Shown here: positions 1-14,440 of the stretch, piece after piece | Numbering within the stretch: position 1 is the stretch's first letter | How the letters are laid out: every line of letters starts with the position of its first letter | Source of the DNA: Strigamia acuminata | Lineage: Eukaryota | Direction of reading: 5' to 3' | Assembly: GCA_949358305.1 (NCBI GenBank) | Contig: OX442314.1 | Span: 22,692,001-22,756,000, forward strand | Length of the DNA: 64,000 nucleotides | The notes under the pieces: generated by a model | Databases searched by the model: none | Told to the model about the DNA's origin: nothing | What the model saw: the letters and a program-made list of their open reading frames with translations, nothing else | Translations under genes and position numbers: made by a program

Positions 1-3000
1 AAGCAATGCATGATGGGAGCATGACGTAGTCAGTTCTAAAGTTAATTTGACCTGAATCCAGTTCTTGGATTGGATCCAAGGTGTCTGACCTCAATCAATC
101 CATTGTTTTCGAAAGACAAGATTGATTGGAAATCCTTTAAAAAATGACATTATCATAGTTGCTATCAATGTTACACAAAAAAACAATTTTTAAACTATCA
201 TGAAACGTTTAAAAAATTGCGAATCAAATTTTGAATCGACAGTCAGTCTGCGCATGTGCATGACTGTCTGATTCGAACTGAAGTTATTGTAAAAAAAGTC
301 ATGGAAATGGCTTCTTTTTCCTAGATTGTAAATATGTTGAGAAAATACTAATTTTCAATTGATTGTAAATCTAATTTCCAAAGTTGTAAAATCCATCTAC
401 CTTTATATTTACAATTCTTTACAAGTGAGTAAATCTGCTTTTTTTCCAGTGTTAAAGGAATAGGCATCACACCAGATATACCGTAACTTAGGTTCCCCCG
501 GCGTACTAAATGATTAGGCGTTAATTAGAATAGATTTTTAATCGATTTTTAAACATAAAAAGTGCATTTTCCACCTTAAAATGCATTTTGGCACTTAAGA
601 AATAGATTTATGGACTTAAAAATTGCATTTTTGCACTTTCCAGCCTCGTTGTAAAAGCTACCGCGTTCAATCCGCATTTCCGGTACATTTCTTCCCAATT
701 AATTAAAAAAAAATCTTTTTGAGTGCTATTTATAGGTGCGACCATTGCAGTAATCCTCGGACCTGCCGCTGAACAAGCACGAACACGACGTCATTACTGC
801 AAACACAAATTTATTCCAGTAAATAAATAAGACAGCGTAAATCCAGTAGAAATGTTTTCCTCGTTGGCAATGCACGTGACTACGGCACTACGCCAGGCCT
901 TTTATCAGGTGTGCGCCAGGCCACAATGGCGCAATGGCCACGCAATAGTGATAAGGGCCTAATGGGTTGATTCGAAGCCGCCTCCGACACTTGCCAACGT
1001 GATCAATCGCGAGACGCACAAACAGGCGAGCGCGCTTTAATGGAGCAGCGACTCGCCAGCCAGCGCTGCTCGGTATCGATCAGCACATTCCGCTGCTATG
1101 CAAGTTGAAGTGGATTCGGGCCACTGCCAGTGCCATCATGGCGCGCGTCCACTTCTTGTCCACTTTTGATGGGGCCGTTAACTGCTCGTTTATTTCCCTT
1201 TTCAACCCCAGGGTGTAATTGCAAAAGGGTCAACTAAAACTCGTGTCCACTCTGTCATCTGTCCACGGCACGCTCGTAAAAATAAAGGTCCCTACTACTG
1301 CTACGACTACTTAAAGATCGTCCTCTCGACTCGAGACGAGCGGACTCGTAATCGACTCGCACTCACCACTCGCTCACTAATGGAACCAGAGCAAACGATA
1401 CAACTTGCTTCACACTTTTCCCAAATTTATCCGCGTCTATATCCCACACCTTAAAGTCGGCCGCGCATTCATTCATCGTTCAAACTGCAGCATTAAAATC
1501 CACATTACTCTCACAGCACTGATTATTTCACAAAAGTCGAACGACAACAAAAAACTATCTATAACATGGCAAGAACGGCTTTTGTTCGATACAATAAGCC
1601 CAACCGAGGATCCATTTTTGACAGAACGTATCAAATTTGCCAGAAAATGAGGACACTCGCTTCGCTCGCTCATCCAATTACTTTATAAAGTCGAGTTTTA
1701 ACCAGTAATAGCGAATAAGTTTTACTACCGTCGATCCAACATGTAGAAAAGTCGTAAATACGGATAAGCGCGACTGCAGACAAAGTCTGCCAAGACTTGT
1801 GCTATGAAAATATTAGCTTCTGCTCTGATTTATCCATATCATTTTACTACTTAAATTTGCAGAAGCAGAAGCAGGTCTTAGTTCTATCTTTCTTTTTTGA
1901 ACTGAATGCGATGTTGAAGTAGAAAGACGGGCCTGGTCTTGCTCGAGAAGAAGCGACAAGTGTGAAAACAATAAACAAAGAAAAATAAATAAATAAAAAG
2001 GTCATAGGAAAATAAATAAAAAATTTCTCTAATCTCATTGAAATAACTTTAAAAAAGAATTTAGAATATTTTCTTCTGTCAAACAAATTGAAATGTGATT
2101 AACACTCAAATAGTGTCAAATAGTATTTAATAATGGACGTGCTTAAAGTGGTCTCAACCTTAAATATGCATCATGTAGGATCTATTTCGTTTCTATTTCA
2201 GATACCACACTTTGCACACATTAAGGCTTTAAGGAGGCGCAAAATATCTAAAAATTGGAGGTGTAAATTTAAAATTAAAATTACTGGGTCGAAATTCCAA
2301 TATTTATTGCCATCAAAGTGCACATTTCATGACCTTTTATAGTTTATACCACGTGAATCTGCAATAAAAAGCTATCCACCTTGTCACAAATATTTTTTTC
2401 GGCTTGTCAAATTCGTCGCAGACAACTCGATATATGTCTATATTGCTTCATTAATTTAAAAAAAAAAAAAAAATTACAATCAATTTATATTTGCGTTTAT
2501 AATTTCCCATGGCAACCATTTGGCATAACACGACAATTTCTATATCCCACCATCACAAACGCAACCGATTTCATTTAGGAATTTTAAAAAGCAAAGTAAA
2601 GTGGAGGTTTTTGCACGAATGCATCACATCGAATCACACTTGAAATCAGCAATTTTCACAAATTGCGCACGAAATGCTTATATATAATGTCATAACTGTT
2701 ATATCCAGTAATGAGCATGCTTTAGTTCATATCCAACAATCACTGCGTAATTTTTAATTACAAATTACAATTTCAAGAACAATATTATCTCCAAGATTAC
2801 GGAGATATTAATTAATACAAACTTTTAAAAAAGAAATTTACGTTTATCAATAAATTGTCTACTTGTTTTATATTAATCCCATTTGTATTCCACTTATATT
2901 TATGTAAATATTAAATTAATTATACCAAAAATTAGTTATTTCTAAACAAAACAAAAAATTAAAAATTAAAATTATTTTTATGTTAATTTTTTTAATATTT

Positions 3001-4164
3001 AATTTCCAAAATACAGCCATTTTTATGACTCATATTTGCTTCTGCATAATCATCTAGAGAATTATCTTTAATTAGATGTTTTAATTTCTGTCTTTAAAAA
3101 TAAGTGAAGTGGAAAATTTAATTATTGTTACTTACATAATGTCAAGCAATATTCAAATCCAATTATGTTTTTCTAAAATAAAACCATAAAAAAAAAACAC
3201 ATCGGCTCATTACAAAATAATAATAATAATAATTTAAATGCCCCAACGTTTAACATCCCTACAATAAAAAAAAATACATAAAAATATATAATAAAAAAAA
3301 TTGAAATAAACTGATACAACGACTAACATTGCACACGATATCCGTTTTCCATTTCCAGCCTTGATCCTCTAACAAGATCACGACCAAAGAGTGGAATTAT
3401 GTGCAGAAACAGGAGTTGAAACTGCCCTCCACTAACGACTCTAAGTGCAGGCTGACCATTGCACACATGTGCGAGTTTTCAGATTTATCCGTCACGCATT
3501 TTTTTATACAAAAAAAAAAAAATCCACTGATCACGTAACTATAACTACGCATTAATAATAACACGACAACATAATTAAATTTCATTGGCAAGCAGTTAAG
3601 TGTCTTGATGCTACTTCCTTATCCGCAGTTGCGTGTTGTTGCATTTTCAACTTTCCCTTCGTAATGCACCGTACAGCTGCTTTACTGCTAATGAACACCA
3701 GACTATAACTTCCAACTACTATAGATTATAGAAAATAAACTACTTTTTGCCTCAATTGAATCCGAGTTGATGTTTTTCTCTCATTCTCTTGCCAAACGAC
3801 TAAAAATGGCAAAGCAAGTAATGCTAATGACACTCGATAAGCTGCACGCCTCTGCAATCGCTTTTCTCATGCATTTCTATTTACCCAGAGCAAAAATAAA
3901 TTTTGTCGATTTTAAATCAATTTTCAACACCACTTAAAGCGTAACAAATTAATTTTCTTTTCTTTTTTTTTTTATTATTGACGACGATATCCACTTGTCA
4001 CTTTCAAATTCCATTACGAAACGTCTCTTCTTTCCTACACCAATGCCTACAACTACAATATAGACCCAGTTTTCTGTTTCCAGCGATTCCCTTCACTGAT
4101 AACAGTCCTGCAAGAACTGCGAGTGAATTTAAATTTCGCATTTTCAAACAAAAACGTCCCTCCC

Positions 4165-4195
<31 letters not shown>

Positions 4196-6105
4196 TGGAA
4201 AACGTAGCGCTTTCTCTAAATTACTAGCGACGAGAATTAATTACAATTCACTATTTCGTTCAAACGAGGTCCTTTTAATTACGCTCTCTTCCCCCTTTTT
4301 AAAATTTTTACACACCGGGGCGTGAAATATCTCGCAATTATCAACACCCACACAATTTCTGTATTTACTGACTTCGTCGCAATTCGTTGTAACGAGACAA
4401 GTTGACGTTCCTTTCCTGATATTTGTTAAGGACCCCGAAGCAACAACGTCTTATGAAAACTCGTGGAAATTACTCCTTGACAACACTGATGAACAGCATA
4501 ATTAAGATATCGGAAAGACTCCAGATGGCGCACTGCAGTCCCAAGATTACCACACCTAAAATGAAGAGGTGGAAGGGAGAGCGAGGGTGGTAGAAGAACA
4601 AACCTAAGCAGATGCCAAGCGCCATCACTCTTCCCTTAATATTTCCCTCGCACTGGCACAGTAAATACCCACTTTTATGAATTCAATTTGTCACTTAACT
4701 TAAATTAGTCTCGTCTTAATAACACTTTTCGAACTGCCGATTGGTTAGGGATCATCTAACAATTTAATTCAGACTAATTTGTAACCTCATTTTCCCCTCC
4801 TCACTTTGATAAATGGATAGGAAAAGTTGAAAATTAAGACAGATGACTCGTATCTTAATGAGCTTCTTACAAAAACACTCGTTCCACTAATTTCTGCGAA
4901 ACCAACTTCTACTTAGAGTGGGGAGGAAGAAAAAAAATGTAAAAATGAGAGACTCAGCTCTCTACTTCATTTTAACACGCAAAAAAATGGGGGAGGAAAT
5001 TAAGGAATCTATTTACTTCTGTTAGTGACAAGGGAGAATTGCGAAATAACTGTTTACCCGCGGAATGATCAATGGATCAAACTGCAATTGAGGAATGGAT
5101 TTAACCGGAATTTTCCGAGCAAAAAATATCTAGAAATTATACTATTTGATTTCACACCTGTTTCCACCTTCATTTTGCTGTGTTTACACTTACGTCACTG
5201 TTTGTGATGAATATTAGCAATGTATCGAAATCGAGCAGGAGTGAGAAAGCTGAGTGGTACGCGTGTTAGGGTTAAACCGAAAGTAGTCCGTTGAGCAATT
5301 TTTTAGCATATTATACAAGACGTTGCGCCAGGTGGTGCTTATACAAAAGTGTCATCATACAATATCACAATAGTTTGCTGTGTTTTCCATCGTTCGCATG
5401 TGTTTGAAGGCCCATTTTGAACGACATTTTTTTTTAACCATAAAAATTATCCCAATAAATTCCAAAAGTCGCCTTTACGAGCTTTATTAGAATCCGTCTT
5501 CATCACGAGCTTATGATGTCAAACGAAAACGACCCGTATGAGCAAAAAAGAAGCAGAAAAAGGAAACTAAATTCAGCAAAGAATGATCTTTTCTTCGCTA
5601 ATGCGAAAAGCACATATTGTCAATGAACCATTTGCTAAAGCCAGATAGCAGTATCAAAATTTTCTCACTACCGCCTTTTTCCTTTTCCTTCCAGAAGAAA
5701 AATGAAGATTTAAAACACTTTAATTACGGTATACTAATTTGTAAAAATTACTTTATGAAAGCGCCAACTGAATTAGTTTAGTAGACAAAAACAAGAATGA
5801 TCAAATCCGGTTCAGTCGTGAAGAAATGTTTCTGCACTGCAACATTGTGTATTATTTCAACCGAATATCCTTATCGGTAGCTTGTGTGGACATTTGTCAG
5901 CACGACCAAAATATATTAGCAAAAGCGCTGTTACAATTTCTCCAGTAATCCTCACTAGATTCTGCTGATAATAACACAACTGAGCATGCTCGGTGAAGAT
6001 ATTCAAGCAGCAACTTGTATTCTGCCTCATGTTCCACATTCGGTTGGTAGATGCTACAAGCAGAAGTGCTTTTGTTAACTGCAGAGAAGACTAAACATAA
6101 ATAAT

Positions 6106-6420
6106 TAGGGCCTGGATAAATGCATCAATGCATAGGAATTATTTTTATTCAATAAGAAACCGAAATTAGATACTATTGCAATTTTCCGAAAATGAGAAAA
6201 TAAATGCATAAATCGCCATTTTTCCGGAAAAAAACGGCGATTTGTGTCTTTTACTAATTACAATTCATCTACATCAAAAACACTTTAAAATGGCGTTAAG
6301 TTGTTATTTAACACCTGATTTCACTCGAATAAATTTTTTTATTTTGCATAAAATGGAATTTTTGGTGCATATTTTATGCGCATAAAACAAATTTTATTTT
6401 GCATAAATATCGGGGTATAT
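6106..6420. mobile_element. Degenerate hAT-like MITE
   Basis: Left end TAGGGCCTGGATAAATGCA and right end TGCATAAATATCGGGGTATA form imperfect inverted termini; repeated TGCATA(A) subterminal motifs; no clean TSD. Confidence 0.35.
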
Positions 6421-7044
6421 AAATAATATTAAAGAGTTAAAAATCCCACATCTTAGATAAAACGATTTTTTTTTTAACTTAACTAATTTTATACCTCCAT
6501 ACGAAATAATGCCTTTTTACAGTAATTGTGAATCAACTTAAAAATCTTTACAGTATAGATATTCACTAATTTTCTTGATATTCGAGGACCACCAACAAGG
6601 TCAAAAAGCAGAGCCCTAGTGAGAAGAGCGAGAACCCAGAGAGGCAATTTTTTACATTGTGATCAATTCCCATTATTTCCATTTTACTCAAATATTTCAT
6701 CCCATTTTATTTTGCATTTTTATGGACTTGTGCCCAGCGCTCCAAGAACCACTACTCAAGATTTATAATCACGGTAAACATAAAATGTAGATCAAGTGTG
6801 TGTATTATTCCACTTGTTTTATTTTTTGCTACCTTAAAGCTCAAACTTTTTCATATTTCATACCCACACACTGTAATGTATCAAAAAATAAAAAAATAAA
6901 GTAAAATAGCAAAAAATACCAAAGAAAAAGCAATGAAAATTGAAACCAAACCCGAAATGTGATCTTACCCACAAAAAAATATATAATAAAATAAATTCCA
7001 TTTTTCGAAATAAAAAAAAATAAATAAAAAAATCAACACCGACG

Positions 7045-7080
7045 AAGAGAGAGAGAGAGCGAGAGAGAGAGAGAGAGAGC
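7045..7080 (+). repeat. (GA)n microsatellite
   Basis: agagagagagagcgagagagagagagagagc. Similar (CT)n tracts lie near 8596-8628 and 26176-26223. Confidence 0.9.
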
Positions 7081-8974
7081 AATGCCATATATTTTTAACG
7101 TTCTTTCATTTCTCACCAAACATATCGAATTTCCCCACCCCTTCTCATTTTTTTCGGCTACCAACTTCTCCCTACTTCCGTCATGAGGAGGTGGGCTAAG
7201 ACGACGAGGATGAAGATGCAATTCAATTGTCCTTCGTCCAATACCACGCGTTCCTCTAATAGAATAAGACTAATTTAAAAACTTCACTGTTATGGCTTTT
7301 TACTTCCCCGGTGGATACTTGCCTTAAAAATTTATTTTAACTGCCAAAAAAGAAAAGAAAAAAAATCTCTTGTCGCCCTAAAACTTTTTTTTTCATTAAA
7401 CTCATTTTATTTTTATTATTTAATCCTTACATTTTATTTTATGCATTTTCTCCCAATGAGATCCAATGGCAATTGGTCTCCCAAAAATGCCGTGTGGCAC
7501 CGGGTTCAATGTGGTCTACAGAGGAGCCATGCAGTGCAGTGTTTAGAGTTGCCGTGCAGTGAAGTATGCTTCTCTGAGGTGCCATGCGATGCTGTGGCGT
7601 GCAATAAACTATTGTTGCAGTGTGTATCATTGACTAGGGAGCGACTTGTCTATTTTGAGTTATACAATGCGGCGACTTAGATCGAACTTGGCCACCATTT
7701 TGTTTAGGCTTTAACAAGCCTCAAATCGCAAAACATATTAATGCATTTCATAATACAATAAAAAAAAATTCATTTTAAAAATGCATTCATATTTGACAAA
7801 AATGCATTACAAACCAATAGCATGCTAAAATGTATTACAAAATGCATTCTCGTGAGACCCAATGCATTTCACAATACATCGTAATACACTGCAATATAAA
7901 TTCGCATGGGAAACTTGATTTTGCGATTTTGCATCGTTCCTTTTTTGTAGTTTTGCAATATGCACGAGGCCGACGGAACAGATATCACGTGATAAATCCA
8001 AAAGCGTAAAATTGTAAAAATTGCATGATCACAAAATCGGCTGAAATAAAAAAACGCCTTATGAAAATTTGTGTCGTTACATCTCACAATCTCACATTTC
8101 CCATCATTCGGCACCATGCAGGCGGCAACCAATTCACATTATTGCAGGCAGCATTTTAGGCGGCCCCATGGCAACTCGACTTGAACAACTATTCTAACTT
8201 GAATGGATCGTTGTTTGTGTTTTTATCGCATTAGAATTGAACTAACTTTTACCACAGTCCCGCTTTAATTAAATAAAATTTAACTTAATTAAAGCGAGAT
8301 TAATTTCAACCCATTTTATTCGTTCGCACAAAAGAAGAGCAAACGTCACGCTGTTCGTTGCCATTTCATCTTTTCCTCTTCTTTTAGTTTGAATTAATTT
8401 TTTTTCTGTCCCACAACTCGCATTCAAGGCCGCGACAACACACTGACAAAATCCCATTTCCACACAACCTTCTGCCATGACAGCCATTGTTCTCCACCGC
8501 CACCCCACCCTTTTCCGTCCTGACTTCCAAGCCCACATAGACATGCTATTCTTTGTGAGAAGAAGTGACACCCTCCAGCTCCTTCTCTTTTCAAATCACT
8601 CTCTCTCTCTCTCTTCTCCTCTCCTCTCTTGATAATCAAAAATAACAATATTCAAATTTTACAAAAATATCCAGCACCCGAGAAACCCCAACTCAAACTT
8701 GACACAACTGAATTCGTTTCCATCATGACTATTAATGAAGTAAATTTAGCATGAAATCGACCACAATGCAAAATGTGAAAAATAAGGAAGGAAAAAATTT
8801 ATTTTTTATTTTACGGCCACAATAATATTACCACAGTATAATTAAAATACTCTTATTTAAAACAGAATTTCATCTCACGATTTGCATGTGGGAAACAAAT
8901 GACCTGTTGCAGTAAGAAAACTCCATACATTCACTCGTCATCACTAAGCAGAAAGAAACACATTTTTCAGTAGC

Positions 8975-9246
8975 TGATGCATTCAAAAACTAAAATGTTT
9001 TGTGTTTTATTTCAATTTTAAACCAAAAATGACAAAATTTCCTGCTTAAACACATATTAAAACTTAAAATACACTTAAACATGTTTAAAATTGCAGTTAA
9101 ACATGTTTAATTGTTTAAATGTAGTGCGCAGACCCATTGCGACTGAAAACAGACTAAATCAGCCGCCATTTTTCAAGTTAGATCGAGACATCCATTTAAA
9201 TATGTTTAGAATGCTGTTTTGTCTAAATGACTTCTTGAATGCGTCT
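8975..9246 (+). mobile_element. MITE of an abundant family with (G)GTGCATTC...GAATGC(A/G)CC termini, possibly PIF/Harbinger-like
   Basis: Internal 9090-9245 aligns in reverse complement with 16040-16200 and partly with 58395-58490; 9011-9080 recurs at 39178-39247. The right-end motif GAATGC(A/G)(C/G)CTA recurs near 14140, 14635, 16000, 20842, 39270, 51371 and 58686. Confidence 0.6.
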
Positions 9247-9627
9247 TCTATTTTTAAAATGGAAACCATTTTGTGTCTTTTATGACGTCAGAAAACGCCT
9301 TTATAGATGCCTTTACCATTTTATTACACAAGTATTCATTTTTAAACTTCAAAAAATCAATAAAAACTTGTTGCATTTAGGTCTAAAAACATTTGAACTA
9401 AATTTTCCAGCAAACTGTTTACAATTTTTATTGTAATTCCAGTAATCCCTTTAAGTTTCCAACAAAATTAATTTAATTTCTTTTAATCAAAATAACAATT
9501 ATTTCAAACTCCCCTCCGCTTCTTTTTGAATCGAAGTGAATTAAAACGTGTGATAAACACCTTCCGCCTGTTTTTGAAATTCATAATCAAAATCAATAAT
9601 TTTTTTTCCCGAAAGCAAATCTTACTC

Positions 9628-9665
<38 letters not shown>

Positions 9666-10934
9666 AATTAAAAAAAAAGAAGAAGAAATAATTACAAATT
9701 ATGGCTTCGTCGCACTCGAAAATCCCAGCCGTTTTGCCTGATCTGCTTTTAATTACTTGTCAATGAACTTTAACACTTTTCCATTCGCCACCGTCAAATC
9801 ACTTATTAACCCTAATTGATTTTGAAATTGCGTTCTCTATGGTCCCACACACCCCCATCACCTTCTTCATCCTTCTTTTCTTATTAACACCCGCCTCCTT
9901 CCTATCTACATCCTTTCATTTGTTTACTTTGCCTCCTCCTTAATCAAATTAGCTCAGGACACATTTCTTCAGGCCTCTCGCTTAACACAAAACGACATTT
10001 CAAACAGTCAATTCTACTAAACCCTTTCGTCACTTTCATTTTTTCAGCCCAGCCAACAGATTAAGCACAAACATTTTATTGCACATGCCCAGACGAATTT
10101 AACTCACTTTTAATTCGACTAAACTAACAGCCTTTAACTAAGACGATCAAACCTTTCTTGACTTTGATCGTCTCTTCTCTTCTAGCAATAAATGCACTAC
10201 AAAACCGTTTAACCATCCAGCTTTTACCAATTGATAAAATGTACATTTCCATCTGCACATTAAAAACATGAAATATATATTTAGTAAAAGCTAAAAACGC
10301 GCTTTCAGAAGTAAAAAGTGCATTTTCTAAACTATAAAATGCAAGTACACAGTTAAAATATAAATTTATTGTATTACAGTGAAGCTATGAAATATGAATT
10401 ATTTCACAGCACAGTGGAGTAATTAGATAAACATTTTAAAGTTTCTTTAATATATTTTAAATGGCAAAAACAAGTACATTTCAACAAAATAATACGTTTC
10501 GTTCGAAAATATTTGCTCAAGATAAAAACAAACTCAGCTTCAAGCGGAACATCTCATAATTGTAAATTGTAATGCAAAAATGTCTTTTCTAGCAATAATT
10601 TGTTTCCATGGATACAATTAAACATATTTCATAATTTCCTCTTTCTACAATTGAAATATTTCAAATGAAAATGCATTTACATGTGTTGGATTAAGGCCCA
10701 GGACGTCTTCCACTTTGCTATGGGTTGTAGCCCGGACATAGGAGGTATGTCGTTGTGAGTGTGTATTTATTTATTTATTACGCACTCCATTGAAGTAAAA
10801 AGGTTATGGTCACACAGAATTACAAAACATTTTGCAAGTTGAACAGGTGACAATACAAGCAGCGATGGAAATGACGGCAGCTAGCAGCCGTACAGTCGAA
10901 GATGGAAGAGCGCAGCTCCAATTGAAGAATTGAA

Positions 10935-11243
10935 CAAAAACAAGTTTAAAAAGCATTTTTCGATGTCCAAAATGTAAGAAATTGGCCTAAAAATCTTAAA
11001 ATTTACCCACATTTTAATAATAACCTTCAGAATATCAAGTATACTCAAATTTCTGGCATAAATTCCAACATAATTATTTATCCGGGCTCTCTTAATTAGA
11101 AAAACAAAAAAAAAACAGCTTTTTCACTTATAGCGGTACGTTTCACTCTATACCGCCATGCAGTTGAATGCTGTTTGACTGAAATTCCGTAAAGTTGGTA
11201 ATCCCATGTACAGCGGCGTGCGGTTTAAAGCGATGTAATACGG
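10935..11243 (+). mobile_element. Tc1/mariner-type MITE, family A (TIR CCGTATTACCCC..TTTAAG), left-truncated
   Basis: Colinear with 18070-18366 (shared AAATTCCAACATAATTATT.ATCCGGGCTCT); ends ...GTAATACGG followed by TA. Confidence 0.75.
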
Positions 11244-11248
11244 TAATG

Positions 11249-11369
11249 TAGTGGACCAGCATTTTTTGTCCCAACGTGTTATGTTATCTACCAGCAATCT
11301 AACATTGCTCTACTAAGCCTGCTAGTAGACCAGAAACCAGTCCACGAACCACCACCTTGAGAAGCACTG
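11249..11369 (-). mobile_element. hAT/Charlie-like MITE fragment
   Basis: Ends in CTTGAGAAGCACTG (reverse complement CAGTGCTTCTCAAGGTGGTGG). Both ends resemble the element at 29399-30159 in opposite orientation. Confidence 0.5.
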
Positions 11370-11373
11370 GACT

Positions 11374-11644
11374 CAGCGCCGTCCTAATACATTTAAGCGC
11401 CCTGGGCTAAAAATATCAGGTGACCCTTGCCTCTTGTCAGATATCGTGGAACGGCTCGTGCTGCCCCAACACCTCCACGTGATTCTCCGTCAGAAGACAC
11501 GATCCCCGAAGCATTGGTACGACATAGACAAACTCGGCCAGAGAACACATTGGATATAGATAAGAACAAGTTATACATGTTGAACATGTACGAAGATCCG
11601 TCAAAAGGCTCCACCCTTTTAGCCCAATGGTTAAAGTGGCCCTG
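11374..11644. mobile_element. hAT-type MITE, 271 bp
   Basis: Imperfect termini CAGCGCCGTCCTAA versus reverse-complemented CAGGGCCACTTTAA; 8-bp flanks ACTGGACT (11366-11373) and GCTGGACT (11645-11652) match 7 of 8. Confidence 0.65.
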
Positions 11645-11679
11645 GCTGGACTACGCCATTGAGTGTTGGCATGAACCAA

Positions 11680-11855
11680 GGATAACATGGACACGTATTC
11701 GTGTGTTATTTCCTATTGATTTGTTGTTCTGTGCACTGATTGGATGACAGCAATCACACGTCAAGCATTGCCCGCTAACTAAGCATGTTTGTTACCCGTT
11801 GTCATCCCAGAATGCAGTGCGGCTGTATATTAAGTGGATACGTGTCCATGTTACC
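11680..11855. mobile_element. Short TIR element (MITE), superfamily unassigned
   Basis: Perfect 16-bp inverted repeat TAACATGGACACGTAT / ATACGTGTCCATGTTA about 170 bp apart. Confidence 0.65.
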
Positions 11856-14222
11856 TAACTTGTGAGTAGTTTTTTACATTATAATGTTCGGGCGCCACTT
11901 TTACCTCTTTGCCCCGAGATGCAAAATAACCAGGCAGGAGTTTGTGCCTAAAACAAGTCTCCTTCACTCCTCTACTAGAAGTGAAGATCCTTTATTGTTT
12001 CATACCTGATGAACCATTGCTAGGGAAAAATATGGAAGCTGCATGATGCTTTATGCATTGTATTGTTGTCAATATAACGTACTTCCTAACTGTGCTTAAG
12101 TCTGCACAATTCCTTGTGGTGCAAATACACCACACTGTCATTCCACGCTTTTTAAACGACGCCCAAATTGTAAAATATCAAAATAAAAATTTCAAAATTA
12201 ATTCCACGAATACTCTAATCCTCGTTAACTTTTGCCTGCAACACAGTCTTTGTAAAGCAGAAAAGCGCATTCAAAACATTTTATTTTATTCAAATTTAAA
12301 TGTTCTAGACGAATAGCGCCATCTCGCATGTTGGCACGAAATCATGACATACGGCACACGCTTCAGTACAATTTGTTTTCAAATGCGAATTTGTTTCATT
12401 CACTTGGGCCATCTATTGTAAACAGATTCGAGAGAGGAGAGAAAAGCTGATTAAATTTTACTTGAAATGTAAAATATTCATAGATTTCCCACCCAAGCCA
12501 ACAAATGACGCCACTCGTGCACACCTCATTATAACAAACAAAAGCATGAATTATTTATGCAACTCCTGCTGCATGCCATCATGTGCCACTGTCCCTTTCT
12601 TAGACTCACAAGCAACTTCCATTCCTCCTGATAATGATCAATCACAGGTCGCAGAAAGAAGTTGCCTTCCCGTCACTCAAGTGTGATAACATCGAATCAA
12701 CCCCCATCGCCCCATCGCAACTCAATTCATTAACGAGTGAAAAAAAAGGGAAGAAAAGGGGGAAAAGGCATGGGAATGGCAGGTGGCATATCTCACCTGC
12801 GCCTTCAATTGATGCCGAGACACTTAGGTTGCACAAGTCGGCTCTCAAACTGATGTACTGCGCTGTTTAATGCGAATTCAATTCAACCCGATACCGGTAG
12901 CGAATGTAAACTCGCAAATTGTAAAATGCCTCGTGTTTGCTAATGAATTAATTAAGATTTCGACTTAATTGGCTCCAACAGAAATTTTTTTCCTCTTCAT
13001 TTTTCGCATCTTTGCAAACAGGAATTGACGTGTTTCACATCACCGATGCGTTTTTAAACCTCTCCATTTTGAATTTCTCATTAAATTGACGCTGTAATTT
13101 TCAATTTGAGTCCAAATCAAATTTTGATTGCATAAAAATTGCAGTTTGTCCTCCATGACAATTCAGTTTGATTCGGTAATAAATGTCATTTTGTGTAATG
13201 AAATGTTTCGTCAAACTAATTAAAAGTGAATAAAATAAAACTGATTTATTGCGATCGTGAATGAGCTCATATTACGACCAAATGCAAACTTTTCTTAATA
13301 ACATACCGGATAATCTATAACCCGTTTTAAACATTGAATAATCTTATTTTAATGTAACTCGGCGGTACTATAAGATTCCAGTTGTTAAAGTTAGGTCGTT
13401 GTTCTCCCAACCTTATCTATTCTTGTTAATGTGATGTACTGAGAAAGCCCTCTAATCCAGACACACTGAAATCCCGGAGAGTCCTTAAACCCGGTTTGCT
13501 TTAAGATTTTTAAATCAAGAGAAAAGAAACATCATTTCCAAACATACCTTGCTTAATCTGCTTTAATACTAGAATAAATATAGTTAAAACGCACAAGTTA
13601 ATGAGAACTTTGCAGAAATCTACACAAATAGTCATTCAGAATCTTTTATCAATTGGCATTTATTTTTTATCAGATCAAAAGATCAATAAGTGCGTTCAAA
13701 GCCTGTTCGTTTTGGCGCCATCTTGGGTTATGTCAGTTTTTGCAACAGGAAGTCGATTATCCAAGTGGATTTCAGTGTCCATTTCGAATGTATGTTAGAT
13801 CGATCATCTGATTTTGCAAGATAAGCCCAAATAATTTGCGATCACATCACCTTTAGTCTTATTTTTGCAAAGTCAATTGATTTGATAGAAAATGAAGCAA
13901 TAAAATATGCTGCTTGTTAACAATTTCAATAATGATGTGGTTGAAATTTTAAGTCAAATTAATTGATTCTGCATAGATAATAGATAATACCGGTAATCAG
14001 AGATTAATCTAAAGCTTATTTTTAAAAATATCCCAAACGTTGCTAACTTATACAAGCTTAAACAAACACTAATGATCGATTCGTTCGAAGCCAAAAACCA
14101 TTTTCGTAAATGGTTTCGATAAATGTTTGAAATTTTGAATGCACCTAATGTTTCCGTTCCTTCTCTTTTGAGTGTTTCTATAAGCAAAATGGACACCAAA
14201 ATCTGCAAAATCAGAAACCACA

Positions 14223-14440
14223 ACTATACTCAAAACCACCCCAACGTTGATCTATTTCAGCCGGTTTACGCCTAACTGTGTACTGTGTTCTACTATGCGG
14301 AAAAGTAGTTCTGTGTCAAAGCATCACCTTTGACAATGTTGGTAATCGAGCACAATGTCTGGAGTTAGATTACAATTCTGGTGTTTTAGACTACTTTTTT
14401 GTGCCACTACACCAGTGAAATAGATCAACGTTGGGGTTTG
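14223..14440. mobile_element. TIR element related to the TATACTC-terminal family
   Basis: Perfect 21-bp inverted repeat CCCCAACGTTGATCTATTTCA / TGAAATAGATCAACGTTGGGG; starts CTATACTC; shares CACTACACCAGTGA and AAGTAGTTCT with 39277-39502. Confidence 0.6.

Noticed and set aside
11411..11428. KGHLIF in the minus-strand ORF 11393-11614, matching AGBL4 KKGHLIFDACFES
   Set aside because: It lies downstream of the exon it should precede, the flanking residues do not match, there are no fitting splice sites, and it sits inside a hAT MITE. Coincidence.
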